From Piromyces finnis finn (lineage: Eukaryota > Fungi > Neocallimastigomycota): DNA of 64,000 nt. Positions 24,401-37,370 of this stretch are shown here, piece after piece (position 1 is the first letter of the stretch; the number at the start of each line of letters is the position of its first letter). Location of the stretch: assembly GCA_002104945.1 (NCBI GenBank), contig MCFH01000008.1, forward strand, positions 744,001 to 808,000, given 5' to 3'. Under the pieces are notes generated by a model. That model searched no databases. It worked only from the letters and a program-made list of their open reading frames with translations, and was not told the origin of the DNA. The translations under genes were made by a program, and so were the position numbers.

Positions 24401-26183
24401 AATATTCTCTAATCCTAATAGATATTATTTAAATATTTGGGTTGAAAATAATGGTAACAATAATAATATTGAAATTAAAAATAATGAAATAGAAATAGAA
24501 ATATTAGGTTGCGATGAAAATCAAATAAAAATGTATGATAAAGATGGTATATTATACTGTGAAAATGCAATATGTAAAGATAATTGTCCAATAGATATAT
24601 CAGCTAATTGTATTCCATATTATAATGAAAGATATAATAACATCGATAAAAATATATGTTCTTGCTTACCTGGTTGGACAGGAAATAATTGTGAAATTAA
24701 AGTATTAATTGATTATAGGTATTAATTTTTATAAATAAAATAATCTATATAATTAATATAATATTTGTTTAATTTTTACATTCTAACTAATATTTAAATT
24801 TACATTAATAAGTCAAATAAACAATATTATTAGATCTATTAATTTACCCATAATATTAATTATTTGTTTGTTTATTTTGTTTACAGTATTAAATAAAAAC
24901 AAAAATATTGTTAAAGACAGTGGATATTACAAAATATTAATATATTCTAGCGGTATGCTATTTTATTTTGCAAGCATTTTTTTTACTACTTATACGAACT
25001 ATTTAAATTGTTCTGTTGGATTTATATTAAAAAACATTGGAATTTTTACAATTCTAATAATTTACTTTTCATATATTATTCTTGCTTTAAATTTGGGAGT
25101 ACAAAATAGTGATAATCTAAAATCAATTTTACTCAGTTCACAATCAGTTTCAATTTGTAATACTAATTATATGAATAGCAATAACAATACAAAAAATATA
25201 TTAGAATTAGAATCTTTATATTCTGATAATATTTCAATAAATAAAGAAAATAATAAAAATATTGAAATAATGCTTAATAGAAATGGATATTTAGATTCCT
25301 ACAACAATAGAATATCTAATTTAAAAAATAAAAAAGAAAACAATGTTAACATAATTAGTAGAATTGCTAATATTCATTCAATATATATTAAAATACTGAT
25401 TATTTATCCATTGTACGTTATTTCGATATTTTTTTTTGTATTCTATTACATGATATATAATAATAAGAATGATGATGTTACTATTGTTCAAAATAAAGAT
25501 GGTTATTGGAATTATAAATGCAATCTTGAAAAAACCGATTTTACCTATAATATAATTCACTTTATCATAATTATATTATTAATCAATTCAATTAATAAAA
25601 CAATATATTATGAATGGATTTTTAAAATAACATCATATATAGTATTTTCTCTATATATTGCTATATCAATAGGCCCTCTAATTAATGTAATAAATTATAT
25701 ATAGTTAATATTTTTTTCTTTCTAAATTTAAAAAAAATACTAGTTCTCAAGTTTTTTTAACTAAATAAATATATATCTTCAAAATAATAGATTTTTAGTT
25801 ATTTGATTTTTCATAATCAAACATATACAAGTATTATTTTTAAAGCATCATTAAATTCTTTATGTTACTTTATTTTATTCTTATTGTTTTCATGGGACAA
25901 AGTATATTATATCTTAAAAAATAAAGGAAATGACGCCAAAAATTATTTTATATTTAATTCAAGAGATAAATGTGTTATTCATAATTCATACACTTGTGAA
26001 TGCAAAAATAACTCAAAAGAATCAATCGATATAAATATAATTTCAAAATACATATATATATATAAACTTAGTTCAAGGATTATATACCTTCATAAAGGAA
26101 ATGTTAAGTTTGATAAATATAAATCAAAAATGACTTTAATAAGTATTAGCAATGATTATACATTAAATAAATTATATACTTAA
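21417..26183 (+). CDS. Beta-helix + EGF-like + class C-like 7TM receptor, copy 2; 11 exons, intact
   Basis: All 11 exons splice in frame by eye. Motifs GGALY, FGGAVV, MGGGLF; CENAICKDNC...CSCLPGWTGNNC; TM1-7; ECL2 Cys (YWNYKC). Confidence 0.88.
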
Positions 26184-26497
26184 ATTAATTATTAAAAGGC
26201 ATAAATAAAATATTAAAAATAATCAATATTTCTATTTACTTAATAATTTATTAATAAATTAAGTTTTTTATACATTTTTAATGACTAAGATTTTTATACT
26301 TCTATATTGACAATGAGAGATTTGTAATTTATATTTAAATAATTAACACCTGTTGTATATTTTTATTGTTTTTATCATTACTATATCATTAGTGCATTAA
26401 TATTATATTATAGTTTTAATTATTATTATCATTAATAGTGATATTAGTGATTATCTTTAATATTATTAAATCTATAATATAACCAATATTATCTAGA

Positions 26498-27430
26498 CTA
26501 ATTCAAAGCATAATAAAAATTTAAAATTATTTGATCTAAAAACTCTTTATTTTTTAATTTTTCAATCCAATCTTCTGGTATCTCATCATAACTATAGACT
26601 ATGCCTGCTAATGAGCCCGTTATGGCACCAATAGTGTCAGTATCGTTACCAAGATTTACAGCTGTAAGAATAGTATCTTTTAAGTTATGACTTACAAGTA
26701 GAGCCCACAAACTAGCTTCAAGAGATGAAACAATATAACCGGTGGATTGAATTTCTTCAATAGAAAAGGTTGATATACTTCTCATAATTATTCTTTCATA
26801 AACTTTTTGAACTGAACTTTGGAACATTGAATAATCCAATTTCTGTATTATTTTATAGCTTTCTTCTTTGTTCTTTCCCTGTAACAGATTAATAACATAA
26901 TGAACATAGATATAACAACCCATTATACTAATCTCATGTGCGTGAGTAATACTAGATGTATTTGTTACAATATTTAGTATTTCTTCATTGCTTAATTTTT
27001 TATAGAAACAATAAAATGCTACTGGCAAAATACGCATTAATGAACCATTACCATTAGAGAAGTTGTCTGTTCCTCCACAATGAATTGCATCTTTTTTATT
27101 TTGTTTATATTCCCTTAATGCCTGATCTGTTGTCATACCAACATCAAAAACTAAATTTGTTGCAGTATATTTTGCATTAAATCTCCATAAGCAAAACCTA
27201 TCTGCCATATCATTATAATCTATTATATTTTTTTGAACTATAGAATCCATAGTAGCCAAAGTCATTGCTGTGTCATCACTCCAAACACCCTCTGGTACTT
27301 TATGAGAACCATATCCCTTCATTTCTGTTACGGGATGTTTTTTTAAGTAAGCTCTACTAGAAAATTCAACTGGTACGCCTAAAGCATCACCTACTACAAA
27401 GCCATACAAAGCATCCTTTATTTTATTCAT
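26498..27430 (-). CDS. ADP-ribosylglycohydrolase (DraG/ARH family); intronless
   Basis: 310-aa ORF with GDALGVPVEF, WSDDTAMT, DVGMTT, SNGNGSLMRILP, SSITHAH and AVNLGNDTDTIGAITGSLAG (metal-binding SDDT and DTDT motifs). Confidence 0.95.
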   Translation of the reverse strand: MNKIKDALYGFVVGDALGVPVEFSSRAYLKKHPVTEMKGYGSHKVPEGVWSDDTAMTLATMDSIVQKNIIDYNDMADRFCLWRFNAKYTATNLVFDVGMTTDQALREYKQNKKDAIHCGGTDNFSNGNGSLMRILPVAFYCFYKKLSNEEILNIVTNTSSITHAHEISIMGCYIYVHYVINLLQGKNKEESYKIIQKLDYSMFQSSVQKVYERIIMRSISTFSIEEIQSTGYIVSSLEASLWALLVSHNLKDTILTAVNLGNDTDTIGAITGSLAGIVYSYDEIPEDWIEKLKNKEFLDQIILNFYYALN

Positions 27431-28795
27431 TGTTTTTATTTTAATATTATATTGAAATGTTAAGTATTACAATTAAATATAAATTTTTTTCCAAAAATAA
27501 TACTATTCAACCTTATATTTTTTTTTTAAAATTTTAAATTTTAAATATGAATAAAATTATATCCAATATAATTTAAATCAACTCTTAAATAATATAATAT
27601 TTAGTATATAAATTATTATTTGAAAAATTATGAACACATATTTTTATATATTTACATCATATATTTATGTACATTCACGTGTCTATAGTATAAAAATATC
27701 TGTAAAATTGATGTCTATATGTTTTAAAGATAAATGATTATATAATTGTAAATCACATAGATATATAATTTTATTCACAAAATACATTTATATATTATAA
27801 ATATTCCTCAATACTACTATATATAAAGATTTAAGAAACATAATAATAATCCATACTAGTAAATTTTTAATATAGGAAACATAAAAAATAGCTAATAATT
27901 AAAGTATATAGGATTTTGTATCTTTATATCATTTATTAGAAATAGAAAATTATTAATCAACTCTTATTTATTCCATATGACATATTTCTATATTATTTTT
28001 TAAATGAAAAGTCATATGTCATTATAATAGGAGAAATAATAATAAAAAAAATAATTCAAGAACATACATAAAGTTCATTAAAAGCATATTATTATTAAAA
28101 GAAAGATTTTCACCTATAATAATAAATATTAAACTAATATTAAATTATTTCAACATAAAATAAACTCACAATTAATAAAAATTAAATTTGTTATAATAAT
28201 ATTTAATAAAGATTAAAATGAATATCTTAATTTATTTTTACAAGTTTTTTTATCTTTAAAAGATTAAAATTCAACTACAAATGAATTTTAAAAAAAATTT
28301 TAGAATGTATCATTAAGTTTTAGATATCTTTGTTTTTTTTTTTTTTTTTTTTTTTTGCTTTATTAAAATACTTTATATTATTTTTTAAAAAGGAATCAAT
28401 ATTTTTAGAAAAGTATTTAAAGGTTTCATAATGTTAAAATTTTTGTATTTCATAAATTAAATAATTGATTTTTTTACAGCCCGAAAAGAGTATTTTTAAA
28501 ATTAAGGTTATAATGTTATAATTGAAAAAACAAAACTTTATATTTTTTATAATAAATAAATAGATAAATAGATAAATAGATAAATATATATAAATATATA
28601 TAAATGAATAAATAAATAAAAATATATAAATGTTTATAATATTTATAATAATTAATAATTGTATTAAAAAGTGATAAAAAGAAAGTCAAAGCGAATTTAT
28701 ATTTAGAATATTTTTAATTTTAAAATGAAATTTCTTCTATAAATAGTATAATAATATATAATTAAAAAAGGAATAGGAAAAAAATTTAAACAATA

Positions 28796-29926
28796 ATGTA
28801 TTTAAAATCTAAAAAAAAAATCTACAAATTTAATATATTATTTATTTTTTTATATGTCACATTTTTATTTTTTTCATTTTCCAATGCTATAACAAAAGAA
28901 TATTATATTTATAATAGTAATTTAAATGAATTGGCTCCTATAATAAATAATGCTCAACAAGATAATAATATAATAATATATTTTCCCGAGAAAGAATATT
29001 TTCATTCTTTGGTTTCTACATATGATTTAAATATTTATTGTAATATTACAATTATTAATGCAAGTAATAATGAAAATGTGATATTTAATTATGAAAAAAT
29101 AGATAGTGGGAATTTTAATATAGATTTTGGAGGCAATATAGGGAGAAAAAAAATATTAAAATTTGTAAAAATTAAATTTGTAGATTATTTAACTCAAAAT
29201 TTAGTTGTATTTCTTATAAGTTCATACTCTGAACATGATAATTATCAATTGGTATTTGAAGAATGCACTTTTGAAAATATTCCTTTTAATGTATATAATT
29301 CAAGATACAAGTGTAATAAGATTACTCAATATCAACCCCAAGTAATATTTAAAAACTGTATATTTAAGTAAGTTTGTAATATATTAATGATAATAAATAA
29401 TAAAAATTTACACTAAAAATAAAAATAATTAACATACAACATATTTGATAAAAAGTAATATTGGTCATAGAATATTATTAACCAATAATAAATTTGATAA
29501 AGCTGAAAATGAATCAACAACATGCAATAGAATATTATTCGATAATTGTAAATTTAATAATAACAACGATTTAATGGTTATCCATAGAGGAACTGTTGAA
29601 ATTAACAATTGTAGAATTTAAATTTATTATAATATAAAATATTTATAACAATCAAAATGATTAATATCAATATATAAAAAATAATTATTATTTAGGTTAT
29701 CTTAATAATACATCAAGTAGTGATGGTGAATCATCAGTAATAATAGAATCAAAAACAACAAATAATAATATTATTATAAATAATTCAATTATTGAAAATA
29801 GTAATATAAAACATAATGTTCCACTTATGCACTTCATAGAATCTAATGTGAAGTAATATACAAATATAACAATTATTTATATTGAAATGTTATTTATATA
29901 TATCTAAAATATTTGTTAATAATATT

Positions 29927-29973
<47 letters not shown>

Positions 29974-32900
29974 AAGTAATACAACAATTAAAAATTGTTA
30001 TACTCAATATGGATTTCTAATTGACGTTGATAAAAGCATAAATGAAAATAAATTTATTATTGAGAATTCTATCTTTGATGGTAATGATTATTATTTCTCT
30101 CTTTTTTTTTAAAAAAAAAAAAAATAAAATAAAAATAAAAATAAAATAAAATATATTTATAATACTAAATTTTTAATATAATTAATTGTTTATTTATATA
30201 ATAATAATTATAATAATAATAATAATAAAGATGTTGGTTCAATTCTTAAAGGATATTATAATTTAATAAATCTAAAGAATATAACTATTCAAAATATATT
30301 ATTAAAAAACTCACTTCCTGTTCTTAATAATTGTAAACATACAAAATTCATTGTTGAAAATTCAATGTTTAAGAATATAAAGTATTTATTTACATGAAAT
30401 ATAAATATATAAATATTTATGGAATTAATATGATATATTGATTATTTGCAACTAATTATTATATGAAATTAAAATTAGAACTATAGGAAATGGATTGATT
30501 GGCCCTGAAGCATCTTATATTTTTAAAAATGTGCAATTTAAAAATATTACAAGTAATGCAAAAGCCATTTTTAATCTAATGTATAATAGTAATACTTTTG
30601 AAAATATAATTGCTGAGGATCTATCAAATATTGGAGATATGGGTGATGCATCATGTTTTTATTTTAACTCAGGTGAAGATGAAAAGAATTTAAATTTTAA
30701 AAATATATATATTAAAGATGGAAGATCAAATGGTCCATTTTTTAAAATACAAGGATATAATAATTTAGTAAATATTAAAAATACGATATTTAGTAATATA
30801 ACGTCTTATGGTTCAATTATAAATAATACCTCGAAAAAAGTATATAAATTTTAATTTATATTACAATTTATTATTTAAAAAATAAATTGGCATTTAACTA
30901 AATTTGTGTTATACTTTAATTAATTTGATATATTTATTTATTATATTCTTTTAAGTCAAAAGTTGTAATCGATGATTTAAATTTTAACAACAATAAGAAT
31001 TTAAATAAATTAGAATGTGGAACAATTCATTTCGAAAATTCACTTGAACTCTTAATTTATAATTCAACGTTTGAAAATAATTCAAGTAGAAAAAATGGAG
31101 GATCAATGTACTATTTTATATTTTTTATAATTATATAAATATATCACTTTATAAAAAAATTTTTTATTAACATAATAATAAATATATTTATATAATATCA
31201 ATAATAACAATTTCAAATTTAAAAAGATGTTTTACAAATAGTGATATTGAAGTACTCTCAATCAATTCAACTCAATATATATTAAATAAAGCAGAAAATG
31301 GAGGTGCAATATATTTTGATTCTGTTATTAAAGAAAATAGTATTAAACCTATAATCCAACTAGTAAATGTTACATTTAATAATAATACTGCAAATAATTG
31401 TGGAGGTGCAATTTTTTCAAATAATAGTAAGCTCTATTATACAGACATTGAATCAATAAGCTTTAAGAATAATATTGCCGAAGTTGCTGGAGGTGCTATC
31501 TACGTTCCTGATCATGTTGATAAAAAAGTATTTGATATATCTAAATGTATATTTAATAATAATAAAGGGATGACTTATGGAAATGATTATTCTACTGAAG
31601 TTTCCTATATAAAATTAAATATTACTGATAATATTATTATAAGGAGTGGTGATTATATACCATTGAGTTTTTCACTCTATGATGAATATAATAAGTATAT
31701 TGATGCAAAATATAATGCATTTTCTGATATTTCGATAAGAGCATATTTATCTAAAAAGAGTATCAATTCAAAGGATTCAAAATATCTTTTAAATGGAAAC
31801 ATTTGTTCATTTTATAATAGTAATTAATAAATATGAATATATATTCTTTAATTTGTTATTATAAATGTATTAAATTTAAAATATATTATAAATATTTATA
31901 ACTATGTAAATCATAAATAATATAAGGTATCTGTGACCTATCTCAATTAAGAGTATTTGCCAACAATGATAGTTATTTTCTAAAATTTGAAATAGAAAAT
32001 CATAATAGTAATAAAGTATTTGATATTGCAAATGTTAATGTTACAGTTATTAATTGTGATGAATATCAAATTCAGTCATTAAAGAACGGTATAAATGTAT
32101 GTGAAGATCCTATTTGTGATGAAAAGTGCAATAGACAACACTCAACATGCATACCCAAATATAAAAATATAACAATAAATAGCGTTGAAAATAATATTTG
32201 TAGATGCAATGATGGTTATAATGGAAATTATTGCGACGATAAAATACTATTTAATAGCAGGTAATTATAATAATTATTATAATAATTATAATAATAATAA
32301 TAATAATAATAATAAGCAAGTAAATAAATAAATAAATTAATGGATAATAAATAAATATAAAATTTTCATAGGAAAATTAAAAAAATAATCTATATTACAT
32401 TTGGTTCTCTATTTTTTTGCATTTTAATAAATACTATCTTTTTAATAGTCAATAAAGAAAAAAGAGTAGTTTTTGAAACTGGCTATTTCAAACATATATT
32501 TTTTTCAATTGGAATAGTAATGATACTATTTAGCTCAACATTTTTAGGTTATATGAATTATGGCTCCTGTGTGTTATTCTTTATTTTATACCATAATGGC
32601 TTTTTAATTACTTATTGCGTTGTTTTAATTCATCTACAATTAAATTTAGCATTGGGAACAAATCCAAAAGAAATAAGAGTTATTAATAATAAAAGTGATG
32701 AAAATTACGACAAATCAACAGTAACTTCATTGTTACAAAATAAAAACAAAGGTTTTTATGATAAATCAATATCTATTAATGATTTACCTGAAAATATGAG
32801 AAATTATTCTGAAAAAAAAGTACATTTTTCAATTCAAGCTGAAAATATTAACACCCTCTTTAATAACATTAGAACCATTAATATTCTTTATTCCAAAATA

Positions 32901-33681
32901 TATATATTTTATATATTATTTGCAATATTTATGATTATTATCATTTCAGTATTGGGAATAAAAGATAAAAAATTAAAAGAAGAAGGAAAAGAAAATTTGA
33001 TTTTAGATGGAAGTAAAACATTTATATATGAATGTCCATTAGATCAATATAATATTGTATTAGGTTTTATTGAATTTTTACTTTTTATCCCATTAATTTC
33101 AAAGCTAAAAAAAGTATTAACATATGAATGCATATTCAAACTAGTCAGGAATTTAGGTGCAGTTATAATAGTATGGGTAACTATAGGACCATTTTTAAAT
33201 GTAAGTATACGATTTTGATTAAGTATATTATAATTTCAATTTTAATATGATATAATTAATAATCAATAAAAAATAATATTGTATATATATTATTATTATT
33301 ATAATAATATTTATAAAGTTTGTTAGCAATTTAGTACTACAATATAATAATAAATCCAAAATTTTGTTAATAGCTTCAGGAAATGTTATCTGTTATACAC
33401 CACTCTATTGTTTATACATGTACAATATTATATATACCATTATAAAAAAGCAATGGGATAATACTAGGTATTATTTTATTTATCCATCAAAAGATTTCTG
33501 TTTTGAACATAAAATTTATTATTGTAACTGTAATTATGACTCAACTCCGATTGAAATAGAATCAAGCATTGATTCTTACTTGATGGATTATAATTACTGT
33601 TCTAAATTTTTTGAAATATCAAATGGTAAAATTAAATTTGTTTCAAATATAAAAAAGATGTCACATAAAAATCTAATTTAA
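28796..33681 (+). CDS. Beta-helix + EGF-like + class C-like 7TM receptor, copy 3; 11 exons, intact, the most divergent copy
   Basis: Same exon pattern spliced in frame. Motifs GGAIY, GGAIF, AGGAIY; SGDYIPLSFSLYDEY; CEDPICDEKC...CRCNDGYNGNYC; 7 TM helices. Confidence 0.86.
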
Positions 33682-34002
33682 TTAAAAAAAAAAAAAAAAA
33701 AAAAAATGAAAATATAGAAATATATATAAATTATAGTTTGTTATATATAAATATTCACCTAAAAATATTAACTCAAACATAAAATGTTTATTTGAAAATA
33801 ATTCCTTTAACACAGATTTATAATAATATAAATATAATAAATATACCAATTTTTATAATATAATTAATATGATGTTGATTTTTTTTAAAAAATATATAAA
33901 GTTATACAAATTTATTTATTTTTTTTTTTTTTTAATTTGTATGATAAATATAATAATAACATTATTTTCTGTATATTTATAGTTAAAATAGCAAATACTA
34001 TT

Positions 34003-37000
34003 TTAATTTGTTTCCTTTCCAATTGAATCTAAAGAACTATCAATATTGTTATTATTTTTTCCTTCTTTAAAGTTTGAAACTAATTGGTTATTTTTTTCCT
34101 CCGATGAATTAATAATTGTTTGAATTAATTCATGAACTTTATCTACATTTTCAATATAATATTTTACATTTAATGGCTTTTTTCCAACAACTGCCGTTAT
34201 GACATTTCCTTGATCAATATCGGTTATTTCTTTTAAGTAAGAAAATACTACTTCATCTTCTTTTCCATCACCAATATACATTACAAAATCATATTCATCC
34301 TGTGCTTTTAAATCAGTTAAGATTGCACGAGCAGCTGATGATTTGTCAATTACGGATGGTCGTAATTCTACTACTTTATTTCCTATAACTACAGTAATTG
34401 CCATATATGATATAATATTTTCAAGATCATTTAAAAGCTCAGATGCTTGCCAAGCACCAAAAATTGGATCTGAATTCTTGTAATTCCAACTCATATTAAT
34501 TTCCTTTTCCTCAATAAATGATCCTGGGGTATGTTTTGTATAATATTGAAGTAATGGGCGGATTGTATCTCTCCAAGGGGATTCTACTTCATCAATTAAA
34601 GCTAACCAACCTTGAGTTGATTTATTACCATTAAATAAAGTATGCTGAAGAGTTTTGTTCTTTTTTAATTTTTCTTTTATATTATAATCAATAAGCCATT
34701 TTTTATTATGTTTATAAAAGCAACCATGTTCCGCACTTAAACCAATACCAATTTCATTAAACCATCTATCTAAATATATACGACTACGACCACTCAATAT
34801 ATATACATAAGTATTCTCAATGCTTTGCAAATTCTTAAGTAATTGTTCAATTGGTTTCGTTGGTCTCGCGAATTCAGGCTTTATATATATATATATATAT
34901 AATTTATTTTAATATATTATAATTCTTTATAAATTTGTTTATATTAAATAAGCTTACCAATTTATGTGTTGATGTTAAGGTTCCATCATAATCAATCATA
35001 ATTAACTATATATATATATTTATATTTTTAAATAGATTATTATTAATATCACTATTTATTTTTCTTTATTAATAAATTAAAAAAAAAAAAAAAGGCATAT
35101 TATATAAATAAAATCAAGTCATTGATATTTTTCTTCTTAATAATCTTATTATTACCTTCTTTTTTGTTGATTTATTGAGTTTTTCTAATAAAATATTAGG
35201 AGTTAACCTCTTTAACTTTGTATCATTATTATATTCTTCACTAACATGTTTTAATTCGTTAATAAAGCATTTACCCCAATGTGCAGCTGTATATTTCTGA
35301 ACATAATTAAATTGCTGTTCATGATTTTTTTCCCTAACATCTTTTGGCATTGTTAAAGCTTTATATATAGCATTTGAAATATCTTCTGAATTCCATGGAT
35401 TTATAACAATTGAACCTAATAATGATTGGGCTGCACCAGCAAATTCTGATAAGATTAATACACCTTTTTTATCTTCTTGACATGAAATATATTCAAAAGA
35501 AACAAGATTCATTCCATCTCTAGTTGATGTAACAATACATGCATCTGAAATTGCATATAAAGCATTTAGCTCACTAAATGTAACAGATTTATGTAAATAA
35601 TGTATTGGCATAAAATCAAACGTTCCTTTAAATAATAAAATAAAAATTAGTTTATTATAAAAAAAATATAAGGAATAAATATGTATTAAAAAAAAATTAT
35701 ATATAATATTATAAAAATTATTTATATTAATATTAAATGTATGTGAACGTATATAATAATATTGTAAATACAGTAACATTAATAAAATTCTTATATATTT
35801 ACCAAATTCTCCATTAATTTTTCCTACAAGTTGACTAACAACACTCTGTAAATATTGATATTCTTTAACATCTTCTCGAGAAGGTACAGCAACCTGAATT
35901 AATATAACTTTTCCTATCCATTCGGGGTGTTGAGTTAGAAAGTTTTCAAATGCTAATAATTTTTGAGGAACACCTTTAATATAATCTAAACGATCAACAC
36001 CAACAAGTATTTTTGCACCTTGAAATTTCTCCTTCAGATATTCAATTCTTTTTTGAACATTTTCTTTTTTCAACTCCTTTATTATACGTAAAATAATATT
36101 ATAAAGTATTATATATTGTTTTATTAATTAAATAAAAAAAAAAAGAAATTAAAGAATTAGTATTAACATAAAATAAATGCAATAAAAAATAATATTTCAT
36201 TAGAACAACAATATTTAAATTAATTAAACAGTATATTTACATTCAAAAAATTTGATGGATCTATCCCAATTGGAAAAGCATCAACAGTAACTATTTTTCC
36301 TTTAAATTCAACAGCATTTGGTCTAGTTGGTATAGAAAGTACCCTTTGGCATGATGTAATAAAATGTCTTGCATAATCGTACGTATGAAAGCCAATTAAA
36401 TCACTATTTAATACACCCAATAATATTTCTTTCCTTACTGGTAATACTCTATTCAAATTTTATTTAACATTATTAATTAACAAAGATTTATTTAGTATAA
36501 TAATTATTAATTTTATTTAAATTTCTAAAATTAAATCAAATTTTATAATATTTAACAAATATTTATAACTTTAAACTTACAAATACATTTCAGAAGATGG
36601 AAATGGTATATGAAGAAAGAAACCAATTTTTAAATTATAAGATTCAGGATGAGATTCACGTAGCATTTGAGGTAACAGCATTAAATGATAATCATGAACC
36701 CACACTATATCACCTTCATGAATTATATCATTTACTGTATTTAAAAATGCTTTATTTGCTCTTATATATGCCTCATATTGGATTTCATCAAAGTTAATTT
36801 CACCAGGATAATAGTGAAATAATGGCCATAATATTCTTATCAAATTCAATTATAATCATAATTATTATTTTACATTATTATTATTAACATTAATAACAAA
36901 TTTCTAATGTTTAAATATTACTAACCCATTAGAAAATCCATTATAATGAGCATCAGCAACTTCATCACTTAAATATACAGGATAACATGAATAATTTTCA

Positions 37001-37370
37001 AATAATTCTTGTCTAACAATTGCCTGCTCCGATTCTGGAATTTCCATTCCTGATATTAATTTAATATTGTCAAAAAAAAAAAAAAGAAAGAAATTTTATA
37101 ACATTCATAAATAAGAAAATTTTTAATTGAAACATTATATTAAAAAAAATATTTCATTTATTTTATACGTAATATAATATATTGAAAACTTAACATAAAC
37201 ACATTATAACAATTACCTGGCCAACCAATCCATATGAATTTCATATCTTTTTTCATTCCTGATAAAGCAGAAACTAAACCTCCGGAACTCATTTTAAAAT
37301 TATATACACCTTCATTTGACCGTGATATTGTCACCGGTAGACGATTTGATACGACTATTAATCTATCCAT
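34003..37370 (-). CDS. Fused trehalose-6-phosphate synthase (GT20) / trehalose-6-phosphate phosphatase (HAD), multi-exon
   Basis: Synthase motifs: RLIVVSNRLP, SSGGLVSAL, WIGWPG, YNGFSNGILWPLFHY, WVHDYHLMLLP, FFLHIPFPSSE, GVDRLDYIKG, RDGMNLVSFEY, SEFAGAA. Phosphatase motifs: IDYDGTL (micro-exon near 34957-35009), LSGR, SAEHG, KVVELRP, IGDGKEDE. Confidence 0.93.
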
